Assembly: GCA_041497195.1 (NCBI GenBank)
Contig: JBGQGB010000001.1
Span: 143,672-207,671, forward strand
Reading direction: 5' to 3'
Length of the DNA stretch: 64,000 bases
DNA from: Candidatus Doudnabacteria bacterium
GTDB lineage: Bacteria; Patescibacteriota; Doudnabacteria; UBA920; 2-01-FULL-46-14
Within the stretch, counting starts at the first letter, position 1. Each line of letters starts with the position of its first letter. The notes below the pieces were generated by a model, which ran no database searches, was not told the DNA's origin, and saw only the letters and a program-made list of their open reading frames with translations. This document shows positions 18,555-28,773 of this stretch, piece by piece. The position numbers and the translations under genes were made by a program.

Positions 18555-18771
18555 AGCTAATCCGACTCCTGCCCTCCGGAGCTCCGCCCCAGCGAAACGA
18601 AGGATGGGTCGTTGACATAATAGATGGGTGTGGTGATATAAAACTTTTTTGGTAATTCTTCTGACATTGCTAATTCGATTCTCGCCTCGCCCGGACCCGA
18701 GACACGGGGCTGGGGAGGGCTTTATTTATATAGATAAGGTCATCGCAATGAAAAATTTGTGAAACATTCAT
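18492..18771 (-). repeat. Three tandem ~105-113 bp units, each with a metG start-region copy; the two upstream units are short ORFs
   Basis: 18667-18557 encodes MSEELPKKFYITTPIYYVNDPSF...QESD*; 18771-18670 encodes a degenerate ...IYINK...RESN*; junctions GAGTCGGATTAGCTATG and GAATCGAATTAGCAATG. Confidence 0.85.
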
Positions 18772-18841
18772 CCATAAAACAAAAAGGTCCTGACAGACCC
18801 CTTTATTATGCCAAAATTGGCAGTATTTCGCAATTTTTGAT

Positions 18842-19876
18842 TTATGCCGTTTGGTGATCCCGACTTTCCAAAAAGTCCGTCAAAAAAACTTGAAACGACG
18901 AGACGATCGGAACCGCCAAAAACATTCCCAAAATTCCCGCTAGTTTGAAGCCGACCAAAACCGCCACCATAATGACCACGGGATTGGCTCCGACAGTGCG
19001 CCCCATAATCTTTGGCACCAGAATGTAATTCTCAATCTGCTGGATGAGGATGTACATTGCGATTGTAAACAAGGCCAGAGGGGGCGACTGCACAAAAGCC
19101 AAAAATACGCCCGGCACAGCCGAGAGGATTGGCCCCAAATAAGGCACAATCTCGAGGAGTCCGGCCAACAGGGCAAGTGCCAGCGCAAATTTGACATGCA
19201 AGATCATCAGCCCAATGTAGGCTAGGATGAACAGGCAAGCCGAGAGAATCAGTTGTCCCAAAAGCCAACGACCGATTTTATTCTGAATCCGATCCGTCAG
19301 CGCCGCTGCATAAGCTTGGTGCTTGAAAGGGACCAAGGATTTGATAAAATTTTTCAGTCCGTTTTCTGAGGAGATGAGATAAAACGAGATGGCCAACACA
19401 GAAATGACTTGGATAAAACCGCTGAATACGCCGAGAGTCGTTTGGAAAAAATTACTGGTGAATTTGCTGAAACTAGCACCCAGAGAAGAAAACCCGTTGG
19501 TGATCCCCAGCTGATCCAAGACTTTCGCCACTGTCGCGTGCTGGGAGAGTTCGCTGCGAAAAGTCTCAAACCGGCCGGCGAGCTGATTGAATTGCCCGAC
19601 CATCGGTGGGATCAAAAAATAAAAAACCAAACCGAAAAAACTGACAAACACCAGATAAACTAAAATTACCGACAAGCCGCGCGGAAATTTGGCTTTGCGG
19701 TACATCCAGTCGACCAAAGGATCCATGGCAGAAGCTAAAACAATCGAAACAACCAAAATTAAAATGATGTCCTTCACCGTATACAGGGCGAAAAGCAACA
19801 AAGCAAAAACTACGATCTTGACTAGCGAGGCCGTAGAAATGTCGTATGAAACTTTTTGGACTTTTTCTTCAGTCAT
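18842..19876 (-). CDS. AI-2E family transporter
   Basis: LEIVPYLGP, QQIENYILVPKIMG, GILGMFLAVP. Confidence 0.92.
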   Translation of the reverse strand: MTEEKVQKVSYDISTASLVKIVVFALLLFALYTVKDIILILVVSIVLASAMDPLVDWMYRKAKFPRGLSVILVYLVFVSFFGLVFYFLIPPMVGQFNQLAGRFETFRSELSQHATVAKVLDQLGITNGFSSLGASFSKFTSNFFQTTLGVFSGFIQVISVLAISFYLISSENGLKNFIKSLVPFKHQAYAAALTDRIQNKIGRWLLGQLILSACLFILAYIGLMILHVKFALALALLAGLLEIVPYLGPILSAVPGVFLAFVQSPPLALFTIAMYILIQQIENYILVPKIMGRTVGANPVVIMVAVLVGFKLAGILGMFLAVPIVSSFQVFLTDFLESRDHQTA

Positions 19877-19925
19877 GCGTTTAGAGTATATACCAGCTAC
19901 ATTAGTCTGTGAAGCTGGCTGGCCG

Positions 19926-21200
19926 CTACACCACCAACAACTTTTTGATTTCCTGCGTGTATTTTTCAGGCCCGACCACAGCCAAATTTAATTTGCCTGC
20001 TCGGAAAATATCACGCGCCACGCGTCTGACGTCCCCGGCCGTGACTTTGTCAATCAAACGAAACGCGTCCTCCGGTTCCAAAGTTTTTTTGCGAAATGCG
20101 ACCTGGTCTAAATACCAACCCAACAGGCTTTCACTCTCTTCTAGGGCCAGCGTCAAAGTCCCTTTGAGGTATTCTTTGGCTTTATTCAATTCGGAACTGC
20201 CGACCGGCACGGTTTTGATTTTTTTCAATTCGGCGACTATTGTTTTTACCACTTGCGGCAACGCATCCTGCCGCACGCCCGCCTGGATGACGAAATTTCC
20301 CGTATCCTGATAGTTCGAAGGCGTAGCCCGAACGTAATATGCCCAGCCTTTTCTCTCCCTTATTTCCGTAAAGAGGCGCGAGCTCATGCCGCCGCCGAGG
20401 ATAGTGGCCAAAACAATCTGCACGATGTCATCAGGATGATTGTGATCGTAAGAACGAAATCCCATGGCCAAATGATATTGTTCGGTTTTTTTCGGTTCCA
20501 GTTTGAACATGGAGTTTTTTTGCCGCTCTTTGGCGCGCTGCCAACCGGGAAACTTCTTCCGCGCGACTGCTGCCCAAAATTTTTCGACAAGCTGGTTGAG
20601 TACGGCACTGTCATAAGCGCCCACCACGGCCAAAATCATATTTTGCGGCTGGTAAAAAGTACCGACATAATCGAGGATATTTTGTCTAGTGATTTTCTGA
20701 ATGACCGGCTTGGTCCCTGCGATATTGCGGCCCAGTGGCTGCTCCGGCCACATCACCTCCTCCAGGACATCCTCGACGTGACGCATGGGCGTATCCTCGT
20801 ACATATTGATTTCCTCAATGATGACGCCTTTTTCCCGCTCGATTTCTTCGGCGGCAAAAACAGGATGTTGCAGCATGTCGGTCAGCACTTCAAAAATAAA
20901 TCTCAGGTGTTTTTTGGCAGCCTTGATGTAAAACTGCGTATGCTCTTTGCCGGTGTTGGCATTGTACTCCGCCCCGATGGCATCAAGGGCGTGGCTGAGG
21001 GCGTGCGCGGTCGGGTATTTCTGCGAACCTTTGAAAAAAAGATGTTCCAGAAAATGGGAGATGCCGTTGATGTTTTTCGTCTCCTGCCGCGAACCGGTTT
21101 TGATGAACATATCCACCAGCACGGATTTGGCTGACTTGATCGGCACAGCCAAAACAGTCAAACCATTTTTTAAAACTTTTTTCGTATACATATCGAGCAA
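19926..21200 (-). CDS. M16 (pitrilysin) family zinc peptidase
   Basis: HFLEH inverted zinc motif, NANT, EEINMYED, GGGMSSRLF. Confidence 0.95.
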   Translation of the reverse strand: MLDMYTKKVLKNGLTVLAVPIKSAKSVLVDMFIKTGSRQETKNINGISHFLEHLFFKGSQKYPTAHALSHALDAIGAEYNANTGKEHTQFYIKAAKKHLRFIFEVLTDMLQHPVFAAEEIEREKGVIIEEINMYEDTPMRHVEDVLEEVMWPEQPLGRNIAGTKPVIQKITRQNILDYVGTFYQPQNMILAVVGAYDSAVLNQLVEKFWAAVARKKFPGWQRAKERQKNSMFKLEPKKTEQYHLAMGFRSYDHNHPDDIVQIVLATILGGGMSSRLFTEIRERKGWAYYVRATPSNYQDTGNFVIQAGVRQDALPQVVKTIVAELKKIKTVPVGSSELNKAKEYLKGTLTLALEESESLLGWYLDQVAFRKKTLEPEDAFRLIDKVTAGDVRRVARDIFRAGKLNLAVVGPEKYTQEIKKLLVV

Positions 21201-21272
21201 TCTACAATTTTGTAATTTTCAATTTTTAATCAATTACTCAATGAAAATTCACTGGGAATTGAAAATTTTAAT
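21198..21272. repeat. AT-rich heptamer-based imperfect inverted repeat
   Basis: caattttgtaattttcaattttt ... aattgaaaatttt. Confidence 0.55.
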
Positions 21273-22308
21273 TAATAATCATCGTTTTCAAATCTCTCGG
21301 AATCTTTGAGGGAACCTTGCCGCTGCGATTGTCGACTATTACCATATCCTCGATCCTCACCCCTCCCCACTTTTCAATATATATCCCCGGCTCTACTGTG
21401 ACAACCATATTGGCTTGCAAAACGTCTTCTGATTCAGTGGAAAAATTCGGCAATTCGTGAATCTCCAAGCCGACTCCGTGTCCCGAATTGTGCGTGAAAT
21501 ATTGTCCGAATCCTTGTGAGGCGATGTAGTCGCGGGCTACAGCATCTACTCCGGATGCCTTGGCTCCCGGTCGGACCTTGCTAATTGCAAACTGCTGGGC
21601 TTCCTGCACTATCTGGTATACTCGCTCTTGCTTTTTATTGGGCTTGCCGAGAAATAGAGTCCGGGTGAAGTCAGAATGATAGCCATCCACTAAAACCCCA
21701 AAGTCTAAGAGCAAAAAATTATTTTTGCCGATTTTTGTGCTGCCGGAAAGATGATGAGGGGCCGCCGCATTTGCGCCAAACGCGACGATTGAATCAAACG
21801 CCATGCCGTCAGCGCCAAGTTTCTTGGCTATCTGAGTCATTTCCAGGGATACAGCTGCTTCAGTCATGCCCAATTTCACAAATTTTTTTATATGTTGAAA
21901 AATTTTATCCACCACGAGCTGGCCCTGACTGATGGCCGCAAGCTCTTGGGCAGTTTTGACCGCGCGCATGTTTTCCACGACATCCCTCGTCACCTGGTGC
22001 CGCCCGCCAAATTTCTTGAGCCATTTCAGCTCGCGCAAACTAATCCGGTCTTCAATGCCGATCTTGCCGGATTGTTTCAAAGCGCTCCCCAGGGATTTTA
22101 GATTTTTGACCGGCAAGCTTGACTCGCGGCGCGCCCGAATCAAGTACCGGTCATCCACAAAAAGCTCTGCCCGTTTTTTGCTCACCAGCACTGCCCCGGC
22201 CGAACCGGTAAATCCGGAAATATATTGACGATTGATCTTGGTCAATACCAAAAAAGCTCCCAGCTTTTCTGATTGCAAATATTGCCTCAAACGCGAAATC
22301 CTATTCAA
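21268..22308 (-). CDS. Xaa-Pro aminopeptidase (M24B)
   Basis: LLDFG, YHSDFTRT, GHGVGLEIHE, TVEPGIY, GVRIED. Confidence 0.95.
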   Translation of the reverse strand: MNRISRLRQYLQSEKLGAFLVLTKINRQYISGFTGSAGAVLVSKKRAELFVDDRYLIRARRESSLPVKNLKSLGSALKQSGKIGIEDRISLRELKWLKKFGGRHQVTRDVVENMRAVKTAQELAAISQGQLVVDKIFQHIKKFVKLGMTEAAVSLEMTQIAKKLGADGMAFDSIVAFGANAAAPHHLSGSTKIGKNNFLLLDFGVLVDGYHSDFTRTLFLGKPNKKQERVYQIVQEAQQFAISKVRPGAKASGVDAVARDYIASQGFGQYFTHNSGHGVGLEIHELPNFSTESEDVLQANMVVTVEPGIYIEKWGGVRIEDMVIVDNRSGKVPSKIPRDLKTMIIN

Positions 22309-23698
22309 GCTGTTTTTGTAAATATTCTGCCAATTCTTTGATGGCGACTCGCTCCTGCTTCATCGAGTCACGGTCCCGGACCGTAACTTTTTTGTCTTCC
22401 ACACTCTCAAAATCGACAGTCACGCAGAAAGGCGTGCCGATTTCATCCTGCCGGCGATACCTTTTCCCGATTGACGCGGTCTCGTCATACTGGCACATGA
22501 ACTTTTTCTGTAAATCATGATAAATCTCTTTCGCCGGTTTCGACAGCTCTTCTTTCCGCGAGAGAGGCAAAACGGCAACCTTGATCGGAGCCAATGCCTT
22601 TGGCAAACGCAGAACCACTTCTTCTTCTTTCACGCTCTCAGTGGTAGTGCTGCGCCCGCCTTTGATTTCTTCATAGCAAGAAAGGAGCACTGCCAGCACA
22701 GTACGCTCAACCCCGAGTGACGGCTCAATCACGTGGGGAATAAATTTTTCTCCTGTTTCGGGGTCACGGTATTCCAAATCTTTGCCAGAGAGTTTTTGGT
22801 GCGCACTCAAATCAAAATTTGTCCGATAAGCGAGGCCGTAAAGCTCTTTTTGCCCGAAAGGAGATTCAAATTCGACATCAACAGTCCGCTTGCTGTAATG
22901 GGCCCGCTCCCCGTCGGATATGTTTACATACTTTACCAGTTTCTCATCAATTCCTACGGCCTTGATCCATTTTTTCATTTCAGAAAGCCATTTTTCAAAC
23001 TGCTCTTTCCAACCCCTTTCCTTAATAAAATACTCGATTTCCATTTGCTCAAATTCTCTGGTGCGAAAAATGAAATTGCCCGGCGTGATTTCGTTTCGAA
23101 AAGCTTTACCAATCTGCGCCACGCCAAAGGGAATCTTCATTCTCGTGGTTTCTAGAATCTGCTTGAAATCTACAAATATAGCTTGCGCTGTTTCTGGACG
23201 GAGATAAACTATATTCTCTTGGGCTTCAAGTGGTCCCAAGTTAGTCTTAAACATCAAATTAAACTGTCTTTGATCACTCAGCTGGTTTTTACTTCCACAT
23301 ACCGAGCACTCTTTAGAAAATTTTTCTGCAATTTCCTCATACCTTCCTGTCGATGCGATTTTATATTTTACTGTCCAAAATGACATTAGATCTTCTCTTC
23401 GATGTCGGGTATGGCATTTCTTACACTCGATTAATGTATCATTGAAATTTTCCAAGTGCCCACTGGCTTCCCAAACTTTGGAATTCATAATAATATTCGC
23501 GTCCAGCCCGACCACATCTTCCCGCTCTTGCACGAACATCTTCCACCAAAGCTTTTTGATGTTGTTCTTTAGCTCTACTCCTAAAGGGCCAAAATCATAA
23601 GAGTTCGCCAGACCGCCATAAATTTCCGAACCTGGAAAAATGAAACCCCGGCGCTTGCTCAGGCTGATGATTTTCTCCATCAAATCGTTTTTTTGCAT
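22301..23698 (-). CDS. glyQS: Glycine--tRNA ligase (alpha2 type)
   Basis: LRPETAQ, FRNEITP, FRTREFEQMEIE, EPSLGVER, RYRRQDEIGTP. Confidence 0.97.
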   Translation of the reverse strand: MQKNDLMEKIISLSKRRGFIFPGSEIYGGLANSYDFGPLGVELKNNIKKLWWKMFVQEREDVVGLDANIIMNSKVWEASGHLENFNDTLIECKKCHTRHRREDLMSFWTVKYKIASTGRYEEIAEKFSKECSVCGSKNQLSDQRQFNLMFKTNLGPLEAQENIVYLRPETAQAIFVDFKQILETTRMKIPFGVAQIGKAFRNEITPGNFIFRTREFEQMEIEYFIKERGWKEQFEKWLSEMKKWIKAVGIDEKLVKYVNISDGERAHYSKRTVDVEFESPFGQKELYGLAYRTNFDLSAHQKLSGKDLEYRDPETGEKFIPHVIEPSLGVERTVLAVLLSCYEEIKGGRSTTTESVKEEEVVLRLPKALAPIKVAVLPLSRKEELSKPAKEIYHDLQKKFMCQYDETASIGKRYRRQDEIGTPFCVTVDFESVEDKKVTVRDRDSMKQERVAIKELAEYLQKQLE

Positions 23699-23739
23699 AA
23701 ACCAAGTATACCAAATGCTTCGTGGTTTGATAAATAAAT

Positions 23740-23773
23740 TAGGGGTAGCCGGTTTTTGACTTCGACTACCCCT
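23740..23773. terminator. Hairpin after the aminotransferase gene
   Basis: AGGGGTAG...CTACCCCT. Confidence 0.45.
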
Positions 23774-23779
23774 GACCTC

Positions 23780-24898
23780 CTAATGCGTTCGTCTGAATAC
23801 TGCTTCCACTGCCTCAGCCAGGCGCTTGACGCCTTCGTCAATCTCCTCTGGTGTCAACGCGCAGAACGGCAAGCGCAGAAAATCTTCGCCCTGGCTCGGA
23901 TCTGCGAAAAAATCCCGTCCATCTGTGAGATTCAATTGCCTGTTTTTTGCCTCAGCCTGCACAGCATTACCAGAAACTCCTATCGGCAAACGCAGCGAGA
24001 CAAAAAACCCGCCAGTAGGATGCGTCGACTTTGCATCAGGTAAATACTTGTGCAGGGCTCCAAGGCAGGCCTCCAAGCGTGGCCGGTACAAGGTTCGCTG
24101 TTTTTCCTCCAAGTCAGCGAGCCAGGGGTCCGAATAAATTTCGCAGACCATGGCTTGCGCAAGCTGATCTGGAGCCACGTAGTAGTTGGCCGCAACTTTG
24201 GCCATGCGCTCCACAAGCTTGCCTGGGCCGATAAAATATCCCACACGTGGAGTCGGCGAAATGAGCTTGGAAAACGATCCGGTTTGCACCACGTGGCCGT
24301 TGCGCGGACACAGCTCGCGCAAGGGCGGCCATGGAGTCGAAAAACTGGAATAATAGTGAAGATGCCGATACGGGCTGTCCTCGAAAATGACCAGTCCGTG
24401 TTTTTCTGCAAGCCGGATAACCTCGTGGCGTTTTGCCTTCGAATATCGCGCGCCGCTGGGGTTTTGAAAATCCGGCTGGGTATAGAACAGTTTGAACGGA
24501 TACTCAACCAACCGCTGTTCGAGAATGTCCAGGTCTGGCCCGTCGGCGAGCATTGGCACGCCGCAAATATGCGGCTTATGACGCTCGAAAATCCGCAACG
24601 CCCGATCGTATGTCGGTTCGTCGACCAGAATGCTATCCCCTTGCAACTGATCTTGACAAAACAGCTCAATGGCCATAAGCGAACCAGGTGTAATCAGGAC
24701 TTCTTCCACCGACACGCCAAACTTCGCTGCCAGCACCTCTCGCAGCCCGCGCAGTCCGACTGCTTCGCCGTAGCCGAAAAGTTTGTCTCCATACTTCTCC
24801 AGGACCTGAGGCATTAAAGCACTGACCAGGGCCAGGGGATGTGTTTCTGGAGCCGGCACTCCGCGCATAAAATTGATCGGTTTGATTTCCGACAACAT
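23780..24898 (-). CDS. PLP-dependent aminotransferase, class I/II (LysN/MocR-like)
   Basis: PDFQNPSG, EDSPY, GSFSKLISP.PRVGY. Confidence 0.92.
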   Translation of the reverse strand: MLSEIKPINFMRGVPAPETHPLALVSALMPQVLEKYGDKLFGYGEAVGLRGLREVLAAKFGVSVEEVLITPGSLMAIELFCQDQLQGDSILVDEPTYDRALRIFERHKPHICGVPMLADGPDLDILEQRLVEYPFKLFYTQPDFQNPSGARYSKAKRHEVIRLAEKHGLVIFEDSPYRHLHYYSSFSTPWPPLRELCPRNGHVVQTGSFSKLISPTPRVGYFIGPGKLVERMAKVAANYYVAPDQLAQAMVCEIYSDPWLADLEEKQRTLYRPRLEACLGALHKYLPDAKSTHPTGGFFVSLRLPIGVSGNAVQAEAKNRQLNLTDGRDFFADPSQGEDFLRLPFCALTPEEIDEGVKRLAEAVEAVFRRTH

Positions 24899-24934
24899 GA
24901 TGTCCTCCTTATTTATTTCCGAAACTTCAGTCTA

Positions 24935-26122
24935 TCACTTGGCCTGATAAGTTTCAAGCAGTTCCCCGAAGCTTCCAAACTCTATGGCCCGCCGAACTTT
25001 GTCCATCAGATCCAGATAAAACCGCAGATTGTGCATGGTCGCCAGCCTCACCCCAAGTGGCTCTTTGGCCGCAAACAGGTGCCTGATATAAGCTCGATTG
25101 TGGTGGGTGCAGCCATAGCAGCTGCAGGTATTATCCACTGGCGTGAAATCCTCCGCATACTCTTTCCTGGCGATTTTGAGGATTTCGTATCCACCGCCTT
25201 TTTTGTTGATGAAAAATTGCCCGTGCCGGCCGTTTCTGGTCGGGATGACGCAATCAAAGGTATCAATACCCAGGCTCACGGCTTTCAAAATTTGTTCTGG
25301 AAAACCAACCCCGAGGAGGTGTCGCGGTTTTGCCGCCTCCAAATGCGGGATTGTGAATCCCAAAACTTTGTACATGGTCTCGGCATCCTCGCCAACTGCC
25401 AAGCCGCCGATGCCGTAACCGTCAAAACCGATCTTCTGCAATTCTTTTACGGATTGTTTTCGCAGATCTTCAAAATCCCCGCCCTGAACTATTCCATAAA
25501 GCCGCTGCCCCGGATTGAGACTGCTTTTGAGGATTTTTTCAAAATGCAGTTTTGCCCGCGCAGCCCATTTGCTCGTCAGCTCCAGGGATTTTTTGATTCG
25601 CTCTTTTGACGCTGGCAGACCTGGCACGTCATCGAGCACCAAAGCAATATCAGAGGCCAAATTGGACTGGATCTGTACCGATGTCTCAGGAGTCAGCAGA
25701 TGGCTGAGGCCGTCGAGTTCATTTTGAAACTCGACACCACTCTCGGAAATTTTTTTGAGAATCGGCATCGGTTCTTGACTGTCTGTCGCTTCTCGATCGT
25801 TATTTTGTCTCTTCTCCCCGAGACTGAAAACCTGAAACCCGCCCGAGTCTGTAAAAATCGGCCCGTCCCAGCCCATAAATTTATGCAAACCGCCGGCTTT
25901 GTGAATCAGCGCATCACCAGGCCGAAGCCAGAGATGATAAGTGTTGGCCAAAACCATTTCCGCGCCCCAGAATTTGAGCTCCTCCGCCGTGACGGACCGG
26001 ACGCTACCTTTGGTACCTATCGGTAAATACGCAGGGGTATGGACCTGCCCGTGCGGCGTGTAGATGACCCCTGTTCTGGCCTGGCTTTTGGGGTCCGTTT
26101 TTATAATTTGAAAAAAATCCAT
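24935..26122 (-). CDS. tgt: tRNA-guanine(34) transglycosylase
   Basis: ANTYHL, TDSGGFQ, GIVQGG, DTFDCVIPTR, CSCYGC...H zinc site. Confidence 0.97.
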   Translation of the reverse strand: MDFFQIIKTDPKSQARTGVIYTPHGQVHTPAYLPIGTKGSVRSVTAEELKFWGAEMVLANTYHLWLRPGDALIHKAGGLHKFMGWDGPIFTDSGGFQVFSLGEKRQNNDREATDSQEPMPILKKISESGVEFQNELDGLSHLLTPETSVQIQSNLASDIALVLDDVPGLPASKERIKKSLELTSKWAARAKLHFEKILKSSLNPGQRLYGIVQGGDFEDLRKQSVKELQKIGFDGYGIGGLAVGEDAETMYKVLGFTIPHLEAAKPRHLLGVGFPEQILKAVSLGIDTFDCVIPTRNGRHGQFFINKKGGGYEILKIARKEYAEDFTPVDNTCSCYGCTHHNRAYIRHLFAAKEPLGVRLATMHNLRFYLDLMDKVRRAIEFGSFGELLETYQAK

Positions 26123-26186
26123 ATGAAAAATTGCTAAATAAAGCCGCTATCAGTATATACGCTGCATTACCGCGGTGTCTAAAAGC

Positions 26187-26215
26187 TTGACAAATGTAAG
26201 ATAAAGGAATAAGCT
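26187..26215 (+). promoter_or_regulatory. Sigma70-type promoter
   Basis: TTGACA-N17-TAAGCT with no convincing plus-strand CDS downstream. Confidence 0.6.
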
Positions 26216-26219
26216 AAGG

Positions 26220-26497
26220 GTGCTTAAGCAATACGCCTGTAGGCTCCGCCAGACACAAAAGTACGGAGTTACGCTACATAGGAGGGCAGAAACGCAAAAG
26301 CTCTTTCACAAATACCCGAGATTAAGTTTTATAGTCTTCTCAAGGCAAAACCGCGAGCATGCAATATTCGATAGTCCTGCTGACAAGCCAGCAGAGCCAA
26401 AACCAATCGCGGGTCATACGAGAACGAACCGCCAAGCTCAAGCCTGGCAATAGAGACCACATTTTAGTAATTAAAAATACCACAGTGCACAAGGAGT
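26220..26497 (+). ncRNA. Candidate stand-alone structured ncRNA
   Basis: Several hairpins between a promoter and a terminator; see findings. Confidence 0.5.
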
Positions 26498-26544
26498 AAA
26501 AACCCCGACACTATGATCCCAGGGATCAATCGTGCCGGGGTTTT
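26498..26544. terminator. Bidirectional terminator (pnp / ncRNA candidate)
   Basis: AAAAACCCCG...GATCCC-A-GGGATC...CGGGGTTTT. Confidence 0.75.
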
Positions 26545-26564
26545 GTTATGCCAGCAAATACTTT

Positions 26565-28763
26565 CTAGTGGCTGAAGCGGCGGGGTGGCCGTCCAGACCC
26601 GTGATGTGGGCGATCACCGCCGTGAGGCCGCGACGGCTGATAAGGAGGCCTTTCGACATCTCCCCCTGGCAGTAGTGCTTTCATCGACAAATTGATCCGA
26701 CCCAAGTCATCAATATTCACAACTTTTACCGGAACGACATCACCCACTTTGACCACGTCCGAGACTTTTTCCACCCGATGCGGAGCCATCTCTGAAATAT
26801 GAATGAGTCCTTCCTGCCCGGGTAAAACCTCGGCAAAGGCGCCGAAATCCATGAGTCTGGTGATGCGCCCCTGAAATTCCTCGCCGACTTTGACCTCTCT
26901 GGTCAAATTGTTGATCCACTCCACGGCTTTCTTTGAAGCGTCTTGGTTGACCGAGGTCACCATGACCGTGCCGTCATCCTCAATGTCAATCTTCACGCCT
27001 GTTTCGGCGATGATAGCGTTGATGACTTTGCCGCCCGGACCGATGACCTCGCGAATCTTTTCGGGATTGATCTTGAAAGAAACGATTCTGGGCGCGAAAG
27101 GAGACATCTCTGCGCGCGCTTTCGGAATCGCCTGCAAAATCTTGTCCATGATGGTCATCCGCCCTGCTTTGGCCGTGTGCAAAGCGTCAGTGAGAATCTC
27201 GAGAGTCAGGCCTTTGACTTTGATGTCCATCTGTAGTGCGGTAATCCCTTCTTTGGTACCGGCAACTTTGAAATCCATGTGCCCGTTGCCGTCCTCGATG
27301 CCTTGGATATCAGTCAAAATTTTGTATTGTCCGCTGGAAGTATCCATGACCAAGCCCATGGCAATTCCCGCGACCGGAGATTTGATCGGCACTCCCGCGT
27401 CCATCAGAGCCAGAGTCGAACCGCAAGTCGATCCCATTGACGTTGAGCCATTGCTTGATAAAACCTCGGACACCAGACGCAGTGTATAGGGAAATGTTTC
27501 CTTCGGCGGAATCATCGGTTCCAGCGCCCGCTCCGCCAAGGCGCCATGTCCTATCTCTCTCCTGCCGGGAGAGCGCATCGGGGCGACTTCACCCACGGAA
27601 AAACCGGGCATGTTGTAGTGATGCATGTAGCGTTTCTTGCGCTCTTCTTCGGTTTCGATATCTTCCAAAATCTGCTCGTCGCCAGGACCGCCGAGCGTCA
27701 CGGTTGTCAAGACCTGGGTCTCGCCGCGCTGGAAAAGTCCGCTGCCGTGCACGCGCGGCAACAGTCCAACTTCGCAACTGATGGGTCTGATTTGATCAAG
27801 ACTTCTGCCGTCCACCCGTTTTTCCTGTTTCAGAATTGCTCTTTGAATCAACTTTTTCATGAGCTCATCAAACAAATAATTCGCCTCAACCTCGAGCTTT
27901 TCATCTTCTCCGGCCACTTCACTCACCACTTGCTCGCGCAAGACATTGAGCGCTTCATCCCGCCCAGCCTTCTCCGGCTGAAACAACGCCTCTTGAAACT
28001 TACTCTCATAAGTGGCGACCTTTGTTCTGATTTGTTCGCTCGGGGCAAACAGAGTCAATCTTCGTTTACTTGGCGAGACTTGACCGGATAAATCTTTAAT
28101 TCCTGCCAGGACATCTTTGATAGCGGCCTGCGCAAACTCAATCGCCTTGAGCATGTCGTCCTCGGTGACTTCTTTGGCGCCGGCTTCCACCATGATGATA
28201 TGGTCGGCAGTACCGGAGACGATGAGGTCTAGGTCGCTTTCATTCTCCGTTTGGGTAAAGGAAGGATTGAGCACCCACTGGTCGTCAATTTTGCCGACCC
28301 GCACACCGGCAATCGGTCCATCCCAGGGCACATTTGAAATTTCAATGGCAGCGGCCGCAGCATTGAGCCCGATGATGTCCGGATCATTCTCCCCGTCCAC
28401 TGACAAAACCGTCGCCACCACCTGGATGTCGTTTCGAATCTTGCTGTCAAACATCGGCCGCAAACTACGGTCAATGATTCGGCCAGAAAGTATCGCCTCG
28501 TCCGAAGGGCGTCCTTCCCGCTTCACCCAGCGGCTGCCTTTGATTTTACCGGCCGCGTAGAGTTTTTCCTCATAATCCACCAGAAGCGGCAGATAATCGA
28601 TGCCATCCCTGACCTTGTCGCTCATCACGACCGTGGCCATCACTACCGTATCGCCCACGCGCACCAAAACTGACCCCGAGGCTTGGGGGGCGAGTTTACC
28701 AGTGGAAAACGTCCAGGTTTTACCACCGATTTCCGCATGAGCGGAATATTCCTTTTTTTCCAT
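26565..28763 (-). CDS. pnp: Polyribonucleotide nucleotidyltransferase
   Basis: [24 protein letters not shown] and S1 domains; likely start MEKKEY. Confidence 0.98.
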   Translation of the reverse strand: MEKKEYSAHAEIGGKTWTFSTGKLAPQASGSVLVRVGDTVVMATVVMSDKVRDGIDYLPLLVDYEEKLYAAGKIKGSRWVKREGRPSDEAILSGRIIDRSLRPMFDSKIRNDIQVVATVLSVDGENDPDIIGLNAAAAAIEISNVPWDGPIAGVRVGKIDDQWVLNPSFTQTENESDLDLIVSGTADHIIMVEAGAKEVTEDDMLKAIEFAQAAIKDVLAGIKDLSGQVSPSKRRLTLFAPSEQIRTKVATYESKFQEALFQPEKAGRDEALNVLREQVVSEVAGEDEKLEVEANYLFDELMKKLIQRAILKQEKRVDGRSLDQIRPISCEVGLLPRVHGSGLFQRGETQVLTTVTLGGPGDEQILEDIETEEERKKRYMHHYNMPGFSVGEVAPMRSPGRREIGHGALAERALEPMIPPKETFPYTLRLVSEVLSSNGSTSMGSTCGSTLALMDAGVPIKSPVAGIAMGLVMDTSSGQYKILTDIQGIEDGNGHMDFKVAGTKEGITALQMDIKVKGLTLEILTDALHTAKAGRMTIMDKILQAIPKARAEMSPFAPRIVSFKINPEKIREVIGPGGKVINAIIAETGVKIDIEDDGTVMVTSVNQDASKKAVEWINNLTREVKVGEEFQGRITRLMDFGAFAEVLPGQEGLIHISEMAPHRVEKVSDVVKVGDVVPVKVVNIDDLGRINLSMKALLPGGDVERPPYQPSRPHGGDRPHHGSGRPPRRFSH

Positions 28764-28773
28764 GACTTGTTTT

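Noticed and set aside
18557-18771. CRISPR array, T-box or SAM riboswitch upstream of metG
   Set aside because: The repeats are diverged metG coding sequence; no cas genes, T-box sequence or SAM-I core is visible
26220-26453. 77-aa ORF as a protein; tmRNA, RNase P, c-di-GMP riboswitch or group I intron as identity of the region
   Set aside because: No protein features; no tRNA-like ends, no GAGGAAAGUCC, no downstream gene to regulate and no paired intron core elements
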